A DNA stretch of 64,000 bases, from NCBI GenBank assembly GCA_951406725.2, contig OX597822.1, forward strand, positions 30,318,001 through 30,382,000. The letters are read 5' to 3'. The notes under the pieces were generated by a model. That model made no database searches and was not told the origin of the DNA. It saw nothing but the letters and a program-made list of their open reading frames with translations. Made by a program: the position numbers and the translations under genes. Positions 14,940-54,646 of this stretch are shown here, piece by piece (position 1 is the stretch's first letter; every line of letters begins with the position of its first letter). The stretch is from Octopus vulgaris. Its lineage: Eukaryota.

Positions 14940-15960
14940 GATTTCAAATTTTGGCTGGAGGGCAGTAATTTCGTGGGAGCAGTCGTTACGTTGATTAGAT
15001 CTTTCCCAGTGTTCAACTAGTACTTATTTTATCGATCCCAGAAGGATGAAAAGCAAAGTCAACATCGGCGGAATTTGAACTCAGAACGTAGCGGCAGACG
15101 AAATACCTATTTCTTTATTACCCACAAGGGGTTAAACATAGAGGGGACAAACAAGGACAGACAAACGGATTTAAGTCGATTACATCGACCCCAGTACGTA
15201 ACTGGTACTTATTTAATCGACCCCGAAAGGATGAAAGGCACGGTCGACCTCGGCGGAATTTGGACTCAGAACGTAACGGCTGATGAAATACGGTTACGCA
15301 TTTCGCCCGGCGTGCTAACGATTCTTCTAGCTCGATGACAACAGCAACAATAATAATAATTATAATCCTTTCTACTAAAGGCACAAGGACTGAAATTTTG
15401 GTGGATGGGGCTAGTCGATTACATCTACCCCAGTGTTTCCCTGGTACATCGACTCCAAAAGGATGAAAGGTAAAGTCAACCTCGGCGAAATCTGAACTTT
15501 GAATGTAGCGACGGGCGAAATACCTATTTCTTTACTACCCACAAGGGGCTAAATACCTATTTCTTTACTACCCACAAGGGGGAAAACAAGGACAGACAAG
15601 CGGATTAAGTCGATTATATCGACCCCAGTGCGTAACTGGTACTTATTTAATCGACCTCGAAAGGGTGAAAGGCAAAGTCGACCTCGGCGGAATTTGAACT
15701 CAGAACGTAAAGACGGACGAAATACCTATTTCTTTACTACCCACAAGGGGCTAAACACAGAGAGGACAAACAAGGACAGACAAACGGAATAAGTTGATTG
15801 TATCGGCCTCAGTGCGTAACTGGTACTTAATTTATCGAACCCGAAAGGGTGAAAGGCTAAGTCGACTCCGGCGGAATTTGAACTCAGAACGTAACGGCAG
15901 ACGAAATACCGCTAAGCATTTCGCCCGACGTGCTAACGAATCTGCCAGCTCGACGCCTTA
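14940..15960 (-). repeat. Tandem/nested array of about 5 Nin-domain SINE units (~190 bp)
   Basis: Repeated aaatacctatttcttta.tacccacaagggg...gtcgatta.atcgaccccagt..ctggtactta...gaaagg.tgaaaggcaaagtcgacctcggcggaatttgaactcagaacgta. Confidence 0.8.
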
Positions 15961-16713
15961 TGTATGCATATATCTATTATACTCATAGCCTTCATGCACT
16001 GATTTATATCCTTGCACACTGATTAGTATATTTCAACATTAACATTGAGTTCTCAGTTACCTGTCTAGTGAAGGAAGTTAGTAAGTACGAAACTAATTGC
16101 TTCATATGCATATACCAAATTGAAGGCCACAAATTTGTACTTAGACAGACAAAAAGTGCTATTAAAGCACATATTTTTGAAAGAAAATGAATCGAAATTA
16201 GAATGTTATTTGATTGTGTCTCGTCAAAATGGCTGCTACGCCTAAATATATAAAAAAAATCGACAGATTTTTAATCACTTTTTTACGCTGTTGTAATTCA
16301 AAGAGATCTGTTGACGCATCGCAGATGGGAGGAGCATTTTTTTTTTATTAATTTCCATTTCTTATTTATATTGTTGTTAATATTTAGCTGTCGACTTATG
16401 TATTTTTGTAGAAAGCAGGTTCACATTATTATATTTTATTCGACTAGACTTTATTTTGTTCAAGACCATTGAAGCAAAAAAAATTGGAGAAGAACAGCTG
16501 GAATTACGTTGTTTCGTATTATTTTACTTTCAGACATGAAGAAACATACACTTACACACAGAAACATATATACATACATGTATACACACAGATTTTTAAT
16601 ATTTGCATATTTCTCCCGCGAGATTTCATTTTTCACTGGCGATGCCCCAGCATGGTCATAGCCTTAGGGCAGAAATATATAAAAGAATAAAGAATATAAA
16701 AGAATATATATAT

Positions 16714-16875
16714 AGGCGCAGGAGTAGCTCTGTGGTAAAAAGGTTGCTTCCCAACCACATGGTTCCGGGTTCAGTCCACTGCGTGGCACCTTGGGCAGGT
16801 GTTTTCGACTTTAGCTACGGGTCGACCAAAGCCTTGTAAGTGAATTTGGTAGACGGAAACTTAAAGAAGCCCGAC

Positions 16876-16926
<51 letters not shown>

Positions 16927-17128
16927 TGTCTGTGTTTGTCCCCACCGTCACCACTTGATAACCGGTGTGTTTACGTCACCGTAACTTAGCGTTCACCAAA
17001 AGTGCCCGATAGAATAAGTACCAGGCTTTAAAAAAATAAGTACTGGGGTCGATTCATTCGACTAAAAATTCAATGAAGTGCCCCAGCATGGCCGCGGTCT
17101 AATGACTGAAACGGGTAAAAGATAAAGG
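16714..17128 (+). mobile_element. Abundant tRNA-derived SINE with an internal (TA)n core
   Basis: aggcgcaggagt..ctgtggtaa...ggttccgggttcagtcc (A/B box-like)...gtagacggaaact..aagaagcccg(TA)n...ccagcatggccgc.gtc.aatgactgaaac. More than 12 copies in the window. Confidence 0.85.
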
Positions 17129-17129
17129 A

Positions 17130-17186
<57 letters not shown>

Positions 17187-17189
<3 letters not shown>

Positions 17190-17292
17190 TAGTCCATCGA
17201 CTATCGCAGGTGTTACATTCCAAAATCCCCGCGATAGGTGAAAATCCGCGAAGTAGAAACAGTACCGTATACTTTTTAATTAATTTTAATTA

Positions 17293-17384
<92 letters not shown>

Positions 17385-17435
17385 TTTATTATAAATGCAA
17401 AACAACACCTCAGAGGAATAGACGTACGCGAGGGA
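17187..17435. mobile_element. Pogo/Tigger-like MITE remnant
   Basis: Terminus ta-cagtagtccatcgactatcgcaggtgttacattccaaaa, related to 29838-30008. Confidence 0.6.
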
Positions 17436-17605
17436 TTATGTATATATGGACGTAGTTGTGCGGCGATAGCTAGCTGGAAAAGATGTTTCCTTGGGGCTAA
17501 AAAAGGTAGTAACATCGTCCTAATCAAGACTGCCACTTTACGTTGGCAAATAGACTTTAATGTCTGTCTGTCTGTCTGTTTGTCTGTGTGTGTGTGGATA
17601 TATAT

Positions 17606-17855
17606 TCTTTTATTTGCTTTAGTCATTTGACTGCGGCCATGCTTGAGCACCACCTTTAGTCGAGCAAATCGACCCCAGGACTTATTCTTTGTAATCCTAG
17701 TACTTATTCTATCGGTCTCTTTTACCGAACCGCTAGGTTACGGGGACGTAAACACACAGGCATCGGCTGTCAAGCGATGTTGGATGGAGACATATACATA
17801 TACAACGGGATTCTTCCAGTTTCTGATTGGAAGACGGAAACTGAAAGAACACCGT

Positions 17856-17897
<42 letters not shown>

Positions 17898-18500
17898 CAT
17901 ATATACACTTATATACATAAATGGGCGTGTGTATGTATGTATGCATGTATGTGAGTGTGACTTGGTGTTTGTGTTTGTACTCCCCCACAGCTTATCAATC
18001 TGTGTTGTTCCTGTAACTTAGCGGTTCGGCATAAAACACCGTAAGAATAAGTACCCGGCCTTAAAAATTATTGCTGGAGTGAATTCATTCGACTAAAACA
18101 TTTTCCAAGGCGGTGCCCCAGCTTGACCGCAGTCTAATGGCTGAAACAAGTAAAAGAACAAATATAAAAGATATATATATATACATAGGTGCAAGAGTGG
18201 CTGTGTGGTAAATACTTTGCTTACCAGCCACATGGTTCTGGGTTCAGTCCCTCTGCGTGGCACCTTGGGTAAGTGTCTTCTACTATAGCTTTGGGCCGAC
18301 CAAAGCTTTGTGAGTGGATTTGGTAGACAGAAACTGGAAGAATCCAGTCTATGTATATATATGTATGTATGTGTATATGTTTGTGTGTCTGTTTGTACCC
18401 CCAACACCGCTTGACAACCGATGCTTGTGTGTTTACGTCCCCGTAACTTAGCAGTTCGGTAAAAGAACCCGATAGAATAAGTACTTGGCTTACAAAGAAA
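17606..18500. mobile_element. Cluster of three copies of the abundant SINE (one partial on -, two on +)
   Basis: 17606-17825(-), 17830-18160(+) and 18187-18500(+) all align with 16714-17128. Confidence 0.8.
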
Positions 18501-18504
18501 AAGC

Positions 18505-18985
18505 TCTATGATAGAGGGAAATTCTAAGACCGGGCGAAATTGTAAACGAAATAAATAAATTTGCAGAGCAGTTGACAGGCAAGGGTGGTGGCGCCGGCAG
18601 ATTCATCAATATAACGACCATACAGCTCTTGCACCGGTCCAAAGAAATGAGCAAAAATTTACTTTACAATATGGCCTGCAAAGCAGTTGGCATAATTGGG
18701 TTCCATTCAAGTCCCATTGCAATACCACTCAAGTGTTCATTAAATTCCCCAAAGAAAGAAAAAGTATTAGGTGGAGCTCGGCTAGACGGAGGAGTCTAGT
18801 AGTGCTGGATTCAGGCTGGGGCAGACGATTTAAAAAGTGTTTAATCGTTAGTAGGGGTGTGTGCAATGAGTTGATGTTCACGGTGAAAAGGTGTTTCGAC
18901 TCTAGACAGAAAAGCGGATGAGTTGGATAGGTTTAGGCCGTGGTTGGTGTCTTTGATTTGTGAGGGCAAGGCAGTAACAAGAGGT
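18505..18985 (-). mobile_element. Penelope-like element reverse transcriptase relic
   Basis: Minus-strand remnants PLVTALPSQIKDTNH...NTFSFFGEFNEHLSGIAMG... and, after a frameshift, ELYGRYIDE match PLE RT motifs (LPSYIKDT, GVAMG, YxRYIDD). Confidence 0.75.
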
Positions 18986-19061
18986 GATTATATTTTGTCA
19001 AGTTACGTACGCTGACACACATACATACACATAAACGCACACACAAATATGTATATGTATG

Positions 19062-19206
<145 letters not shown>

Positions 19207-19866
19207 ATGTATGAATCTGTGTGAGTTTTGGGTGTACAAGTGATTTTGTTTCTGTATGATCCAAGTTCTAGGTCACTGATTTGCACATAGTTGAAACTTG
19301 GCATTCGGTTACAGCTCACCTTAGTGCGAAAAGTGTCCAGGTTACTTAACGCCTTCGGACGCTTTCTATAAACCAGAAACAAAGCTTCTTTATATGAAGC
19401 CCTATTAGTTGTAATAAACACTGGTAGATTTATTAGCGACTAATATTTATTGATGTTATAACTAAACATGATTAAATTATCGCCAAAGTCTATAATCATA
19501 TCGTTGGTAATAGCATGTTAACAGAATTTGTTCTGTGTGTTATAAATTTAGTAGCAATCTGTAGTTTTTCAGTTGACATTTGTAAACAATGGGAGGGAAG
19601 ATTTATTACTTTATATTTCTTTATTTTTGTTGTTAATATTTTCTTATTGATTTACATTTGCCTTGTTATATGTATGAACGTAAACATTGTTATATTTTAA
19701 ATCGAATCGCTTTTTTATTGAAAAGCATTGAAGCAAATAAATAAAAATGCAGCTTGAAGCGCATAGCTTATCTTTTTTCAGTTTATGCAATCATGCACAC
19801 ACACACGCAATTTCACACAGATACACTCACATGTTTGCATATGTATATTCATGTACACGTCCGTAC

Positions 19867-19901
<35 letters not shown>

Positions 19902-20564
19902 GTTGCTATTATGTAAGTGTGTCCTAAGTCCAAAACGTTGCTTTTTCAGAATGCGAAAAATATAGTTTCACCATCCCATAGCTAAAGCGTTGTATTACAC
20001 TGACAATTTTTGATGTCTTGGTATGTGATGCAGCTGGAGATACGATAGTTTGACCAAAAGAACCGGCTATTGCAAGCGAAAATAAATATTGGAAAAACCG
20101 CATTTGGTACCATATTTAGACATACGACAGTTTAACATAATAACAACGATGTACATACATACATACATACAACCTTACATACATATATATATATATGTAT
20201 ATATATATAAGAGACGTGCTGCTCGGGTAGGCAAAGTAGGCAGTGCCTACCCTGAAGGAAATAAATCGATAGTAACATTTTCCTTTTATGGCAAAATATG
20301 CACCTAATTCAATAAAATTATGAAGGTTAATCTGATTACTATTATATTATATTTGTAGACTAGTTAGGCATAATTTGCCCCTACCATTCAATCTCAGGAT
20401 TAAAGCTATTCATAGTACTGCAGTAGTACACGTGCTGAGTACATTCCTACAACAGCGTTTACCTTACGCGCTACAAAGGCTGAAGTAATTCTACATCTAA
20501 CTCAGTCCCGCGCCTGTGTTTCGCTTACTTTTTGTATGTGATACATATATTTGTAAATTAAGGC

Positions 20565-20910
20565 GGCTACCATTGGTTTCCTATTAAGATAAGTAAGAAA
20601 ATATACGAGTCTCTTAACAATTTTAACCAGCCGATCACATGGAGAAAGGTATTCGCCTCCATGCCTCCATTTTGGAAAACAGCCTCGCTTCGTTCACGGG
20701 TTTCTCCTAAATTTGCGTAAATAAAACAATCAATGAATCAAGTGACGTTACACCTTTCTCCATTTGCTCGGCTTGAAAAATTGTTAAGACACGAGGATAT
20801 TTTCCTACAGTTCTTAACGTAAAAGCAATGGTAGCCTTAATTCATAAATAAATAAATTATATCCAACAATGCGGTGTTGAGCGCTCATTTCCATCGTTCG
20901 ACTTTTACGT
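20565..20910. mobile_element. Palindromic MITE-like element; second partial copy about 62600-62790
   Basis: gctaccattg...tcttaacaatttt..agccga..a.atggagaaaggt is inverted against acctttctccatttgctcggcttgaaaaattgttaaga...caatggtagc. The right arm and tail are repeated near 62625-62790. Confidence 0.7.
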
Positions 20911-21339
20911 TTATATGTATATATATATATATATATATCCGCATTTAAATTGCAGGCGTTATCAGAAAATTCGTTCGGATATACTCAGAAATTATCGTCT
21001 CTCCTTTAAATCAGTTTGAGAAACGCCTCTGATTGCTGACTAAACTGTGCCTGATACATGACTGGTACTTTATGAATTGAGTTGAAGATTACTGAGAATG
21101 TTAAAGCAACATAGATAAAGTACAGAATAAGCAAAAGACAAAGAAACGAATCTATGTCAAATGAACACTTAACTGTAAACCAAATAATGTCTGTAAGTCG
21201 AATAGACTGAGCTAACGGAACGTTAGATGGAAAGCGGTCGTTGTTGCAGCACTCTGCACTCCGAGTTTAAATCCCTCCAAAGACGACTTTGCTTTTCATT
21301 ATTTTGCGTTTGATAAATAGAAGTACATATCCAACATAG

Positions 21340-21412
21340 TGGGTTGAACGATCCGGGAATCGAACCCATGGTCTAGCGATCCTGAGTCCAGCGCTCTAGT
21401 CTTTAAACCAGA
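21340..21412 (-). mobile_element. tRNA-like SINE head fragment (not a functional tRNA)
   Basis: Minus strand ...agagcgctggactcaggatc...gggttcgattcccgg contains a B box; the acceptor stem is not intact. Confidence 0.5.
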
Positions 21413-21600
21413 TACATGCATTCATACATTCATACATACATGCATACATGCATACATAAATACATACATACATACATACATACATACATACATACATACA
21501 TACATACATACATACATACATACATACATGCATACATGCATACATAAATACATGCATACATAAATGCATACATACATACACACATACATAAACACATACA

Positions 21601-21670
<70 letters not shown>

Positions 21671-21705
21671 AAACTAGTTTTAAAGAAATCTTTGGTCTCC
21701 ATCAG

Positions 21706-21746
21706 ATCAGTTATCTATTGAACAGGGGAAAAAGTGTACAGAAAAG
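21706..21746 (+). CDS. Candidate upstream plakin exon (DQLSIEQGKKCTEK)
   Basis: Acceptor ctttggtctccatcag, donor AAG|gttgga, phase 1-0, 75-nt intron to 21822. The donor is weak. Confidence 0.45.
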
Positions 21747-21821
21747 GTTGGACAATCTTTGAGAACCTAAGAATAGTACTGTGAACTTGTATAAACTGTT
21801 ATACGTTCGATTTTTCTTTAG

Positions 21822-48640
<26,819 letters not shown>

Positions 48641-48724
48641 CTGATTCCTGAAAATTATGAACCATCCTATCCAGGAAGAGGGCCGGATCGAAACAAAAGC
48701 CAATTCAATTGGAGTTTTGAATTT

Positions 48725-48730
48725 AATAAA
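48725..48730 (+). promoter_or_regulatory. Proximal candidate poly(A) signal AATAAA
   Basis: AATAAA 85 nt after the stop codon. The AT-rich background makes chance occurrence possible. Confidence 0.4.
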
Positions 48731-49169
48731 ACTGAACATATTTGATAAAATTTAGCAGTAAATAATTATGACATATGCTTCCACTAATAAAAATTTAGCA
48801 GTAAATGATTATAACACATAATACCATTAATTAAAAATATTAACAGTAAAGGTTGATGGTACATATCCCTAATACTCATTTCGGCATATATGTACACACA
48901 CACATACCCGCGTGCCTATCATATTAGTGACAAAGGTATTAGTTTATTTCTCTTTATACTTGTTTTGTGGTTCTAAAGTTTCTAAAAGTGTATATTTAAA
49001 GACAGGTTTCCTTCTTCTTTATTAGTTTCACATGTTTTGGGAGAGATTTACTTGAAGGAAATAGTTTATTTTCCCTCCATATATTATATTCTAAAGAACT
49101 GAGGTAAAATATTAAAGAGATTTGTGGGTATTTCATTGTCTAATATACTCTGATAGAACATATATTTTC

Positions 49170-49445
49170 ATTATACATTTTTATGCAAAATTATAAGATC
49201 TAGTTATATTTAAGTAATGTCAATGTATATAAGTTTCTGCATAATATCCTAGGATTTATTACCTATGAAAGAATTTAACGACGGTCTTGACAAAAATTAT
49301 CATCGGATATTGTTTTCTTTTGTTAAAGCGTGTAAATTAAAATATATCACCTCCGCGACTAATATCCACTTCAGAATAGTTTTCAATTCATTAGATATCG
49401 GCAAATTAATTTTTTCGGGGCATTTTAAACTATTTTAAGACATAA

Positions 49446-49482
<37 letters not shown>

Positions 49483-50666
49483 AAGAAAAGTGGTTCTTTT
49501 ATTGTATATAGCTGACGTGTTTTGTCATGGAGGGTGACTGAAATTTTCTATTACAAATGAGGTTCTCTTACAGACTGTCTATTAACATAATCATAAACAT
49601 TTCAATGAATATTATTTATTGTTCTTTTCTCATGAAACCATTATTTGGGAAGATAGAAAATCTATAATTGGGTTCAGATCATCTTTATAGTGCGTTTAAT
49701 ATGGGATTATTCTATAAATGTTTATGGGTGAGAACTAAATGAGGTGATGTAATAATTAGCTTACATTTTGTTTTAATAGTTCGTCATGTTGAATGATTAG
49801 AACAAGTATGTGGGATATAAAGAATTTCCATAGTTGTAAGTTAATAAAGTCTGCGCTCTTTTGTCTTTGAACTTTCATTGCTTCAAATGATAGCTAAATC
49901 TCCAAAAGTCAACTGGGAAATCTATGCTACCAGGTAACTTGTGATATGTTTGTTATGATTTGCTCAAAATAAATCTAACTAGTGCTTAAAAAACAACTCT
50001 TTTCTATTCGATAGATACATTGAAATACTATTTGTAAGTAATCTGTAGAATCTTGGCACAATCTACCACTCATTCGAATCGCTGCATATATGAATATACA
50101 CATACATACATTTATCATATTGTAATTTCTTCGTTTTATACGTTTAAATTTTCTTAGACTGGTAAATATTTACACATATATTTCATCCTTCTAAGTTTCA
50201 TAATTTCCACGTCAGCTTTACTGGCCATAAACAATTCTTTTTCTCCGATATTATCTTCTAAAGCTTTGGAAAATCCTTTAAGGTTAAATTGTAGATCATG
50301 GTAATTTATTTATATACCCAGTTAATACAATTATTTGCACTGCACTCTTTTTAATGCAAAAATACAAATCTAGTTATATTTATATCTATAGTTATATTTA
50401 CGCCTAGTTATACTTCTGTATTTCAGTAATTTTTCAGCATTTATTACTTCAAATTATTACCTCTGTTTAGAAATCAGAAAATTAAAGATGATATTCACAG
50501 AAATTATATCATCGAAATTTGTGTTGAGTGAGGTTTAGAGGGTAGGAAATATGTAACTTTATTTGTTTATCACGCCCTGAAACTGTAAAACAGTTCAAAA
50601 GTGTTCTTAAGACAATAAGCAACCGCGCATTATTTTTCGGAATATTTTAAGTTACTTCAGTATATA

Positions 50667-50699
<33 letters not shown>

Positions 50700-51310
50700 G
50701 CATACATACGTACATACATACATACACGTACGTGTGTTTGTATGGTCGTACGTATGTATTTATGTGTGTATGTGTGTCTCGTGTGTGTATATATATGTAT
50801 ATACACACGCGCGCGCACACATACAAGGCAAAACGGTTCTTTTATTGTATATAGCTGGCATATTTTGTCATGAAAACCAACACAAATTTTCGAATACAAA
50901 TGAGATTTTCTTATAAACTAATTATTTACATAACAATAAACGTTCCGATGTATATTATTCATTGTTCTTTTCCCATGAAAAAGAAATACTATTTGAGAAG
51001 AAATATAACTTATAACATATAGCAGATATGTTTAATATGGGATTATTCTATAAATGTTTATGGGTGAGAACTAAGTGAGGTTAAGCAATTAGTTTACCTT
51101 CTTGAAAATGTCTGTGGGATATAATGGGTTTGTTTCTCTAATTGAAAGCAAATAAAGTCTGCGCCCTTTTGTCTTTGATCTTTCATTACTTCATATGATA
51201 GCTGAATCGTTAAAATCAAAGTGAAGAAGTTATACTACTAAAGTACTTATATTTGTAATGATTTGCTCAAAATAGCTAAAACGAGTACACAAAAACGAAA
51301 CTCCCTTTTC
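49170..51310 (+). repeat. Diverged tandem duplication downstream of the gene (about 49170-50000 vs 50345-51310), each copy with AATAAA plus a GT/T-rich tract
   Basis: Shared blocks: ggttcttttattgtatatagctg, gtttaatatgggattattctataaatgtttatgggtgagaactaa, and aataaagtctgcgc..ttttgtctttga (AATAAA at 49843 and 51151). Confidence 0.85.
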
Positions 51311-52615
51311 AGTCAATGGTGTACTGTTTGCAAGGAAATAAGCTAATAATTATATTGTATATTCAACGCGTAATCTAATACCAGAGCGAGCTAAATTTGA
51401 ATTAAATCATACATCCATACATGATCATATAAACTAGGAGATAAATTATGAGCATTTCATATCTGAATATGTAATTTATAGCTATCTTCAAAGGCAAAAA
51501 AGTGGCGCAGATGAGTTTGAGAAAGTTTCGCTTAATTATCATGCAAAGCAGAAATCAAAGTTGCAATATTTATATTATTAATGAAATAGGGAGTAAAAGA
51601 AATGATGTTAATAGTCGATATTTCTAGTGCAAAGTCATGAGCGAAGTTGTAAGGTACAGTCATATTAAACATACATTTAGTTTTGTTGGTTATTATCTAT
51701 GGTACTTATGTAACTAATTTTTTCTACTAATTCTAATTATATTATTATTATTATCAATATCAGACTAAACACCAGCCGAAACTTTAGAATGAAACCGTTG
51801 TGATTAGATATACTATTAGATATACTATAGGGCATCGAAACGTTTTGGCTTCAGTAGTAAAATAATATACTTAACATACTTACATGTGTAACACGTACTC
51901 AGCAACAAACACACGTGCTTACAGCCGACATTATTGTCATGCATCCTAATCTCTTTTCACTAGTTATAACAACAATCACTATTACTAAGCTAAATAAACC
52001 GACAGAAATAACAAATCCTGTTAAATAAACTACTATATATTCTAATTCAAATAATAACGGGACCGATTTTCTTACTTTGTCCCTCTGAGTTTGAGAATAT
52101 AAATCTAGTTACTGTGGTTATGGTTAGTTAATATTTCTGTCATTCATCATTTCCAAAAGTGACCTTATGCGTAATCTAAAGACATCAACATTAATAACAC
52201 TTGGCTTTTTTTTTCTCTCTAAATTACAATTATTAAAGTAAGACGATCAGTTGTAATTAAAAAGATTAACTAAAACATATAACAAATATTTCCAATTGAA
52301 TCATTTTTTGTATTTGTATTCTAACTCTATAAACTTCTCTATTGGTCAAAGCCACACTCCCACTTTGTATTTGTCACACACTAAAATAAACAACAGTTAT
52401 GTTTAAAAAAACAACGTTATGAAATAAAATTTATTTTGTTTGCAAATGTTCGTTTGTTATTTTTACTTTTCGTCGCATAATAATCCTTTCTACTATGGGC
52501 ACATGGCCTGAAACTTTTGTGCTGAAATTCAAGTGCTCAAGTGGTACTTATTTTATCGACGCCGAAAGGATGAAATGCAAAGACAACCTCGGTGAAATTT
52601 GAACTCAGAACGTAT

Positions 52616-52806
52616 AGACGCAGGAATGGCTGTGTGGTAAGTAGCTTGATTAACAACCGCATGGTTCCAAGTTCTGTTCCACCGCTTGGCATCTTGGGCA
52701 AGTGTTTTCTACTATAGCCTCGGGCCGACAAAATCCTTGTGAGTGGATTTGGTAGACGGAAACTGAAAGAAGCTCGTCGTATACATGTATATATATATGT
52801 GTATGT

Positions 52807-52854
<48 letters not shown>

Positions 52855-53033
52855 AGCATTGCTTGGCAACCGATGCTGGTGTGTTTATGTCCCCGTCACT
52901 TAGCGGTTCGGCAAAAGAGACCGATAGAATAAGTACTGGGCCTACAAAGAATAAGTCCCGGGCTCCATTTTCTCGACTGAAGGCGGTGCTCCACCATGGC
53001 CGCAGTCAAATGACTGAAACAATTAAAAGAATA
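52616..53033 (+). mobile_element. Abundant SINE inserted into a Nin-type SINE (52480-52615 / 53035-53105)
   Basis: The host sequence gaactcagaacgta resumes as cgtaaaagacgga.gaaa after the insert. Confidence 0.8.
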
Positions 53034-53286
53034 GAAGCGTAAAAGACGGATGAAACGCCGCTAATCGTTTTGTCCGTTGCGGCAACGATTCTGCCGGCTT
53101 ATCACATTTCGTCGCGTAACGATGAAACGATTTGAATCGAGTCATTTAGCAAATTGATCTCATTGTTTTTGTCTTACTTATTCGTTAGCTTGATGAATGT
53201 CGTATAAAAAAACTGAGATTCAGAGACGCCTTGAAGTGAAAGATCAGACACACACAGTCGCACATGCACGCACACACACAACCACC

Positions 53287-53325
<39 letters not shown>

Positions 53326-53334
53326 CATACACAC

Positions 53335-53492
53335 ACATCACAACACATACACGCGCACATATGCGCACGCACATATGCGCACGCACATATGCGCACGCAC
53401 ATATGCGCACGCACATATGCGCACGCACACATACACACGCGAGCGCAAACACACACACACATGAAGTAACATACAAACATACGCTCAAACAT

Positions 53493-53544
<52 letters not shown>

Positions 53545-53646
53545 ACACACACACATACACACACGCACATATGCGCACGCACACATACACACGCGAGCGC
53601 AAACACACACACACATGAAGTAACATACAAACATACGCTCAAACAT

Positions 53647-53696
<50 letters not shown>

Positions 53697-53797
53697 CACA
53701 ACACATACACGCGCACATATGCACACGTACACATACACACGCGAGCGCAAACACACACACACACATGAAGTAACACACAAACATACGCTCAAACATG

Positions 53798-53831
<34 letters not shown>

Positions 53832-53947
53832 CACACATACACACACACATCACAACACATACACGCGCACATATGCACACGTACACATACACACGCGAGC
53901 GCAAACACACACACACATGAAGTAACATACAAACATACGCTCAAACA

Positions 53948-53978
<31 letters not shown>

Positions 53979-54009
53979 TACAACACATACACGCGCACAA
54001 ATGCACACG

Positions 54010-54043
<34 letters not shown>

Positions 54044-54080
54044 TGAAGTAACATACAAACATACGCACAAACATGCACAC
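53335..54080. repeat. Compound minisatellite, five ~125-155-bp CA-rich units
   Basis: Marker catgaagtaaca.acaaacatacgc at about 53460, 53614, 53764, 53916 and 54042; gcacatatgcgcac subrepeats. Confidence 0.85.
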
Positions 54081-54254
54081 ATACACACAGGCACTGACAG
54101 ACACACAGTCACGTACACACTTGATTACTCGCGCTCACACACACATGCATCCTAAATTACATCGTCACTTGAAAAAGATTCACTTACACTCGCGCCACGA
54201 CCCCACGTTACAACCTCAATCTCACGACTTTATCCTACTTCTGAGACAACGAGG

Positions 54255-54598
54255 AAAACTTAGTGTGGTCGACTTAGCAACTGGAGATAACTAAATAAAT
54301 ATCTTGCAATAGAAAAGAGATATAATATGCTGAAGAAAGATATAAACGTTGTTATTGAGGAGTTGAAACAAAATATGCGGGCCAAAGCATCCAAACTGAA
54401 AAGATTACTACAAAGAATACAATACAGAATCAGCAGGATTGGCTGTGTGGTAAGTAGCTTGCTTACCAACCACATGGTTCCGGGTTCATTCCTAATGCGT
54501 GACACCTTGTGCAAGTATCTTCTACTATAGTCTTGGTCCGACGAAAGCCTTGAGAGTGGATTTGATTGACGGAAACTGAAAGAAGCCCATCGTATATA

Positions 54599-54646
<48 letters not shown>

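Noticed and set aside
14940-15960. CRISPR-like repeat-spacer appearance
   Set aside because: Eukaryotic context; the units are ~190-bp SINE sequence with no unique spacers and no cas genes.
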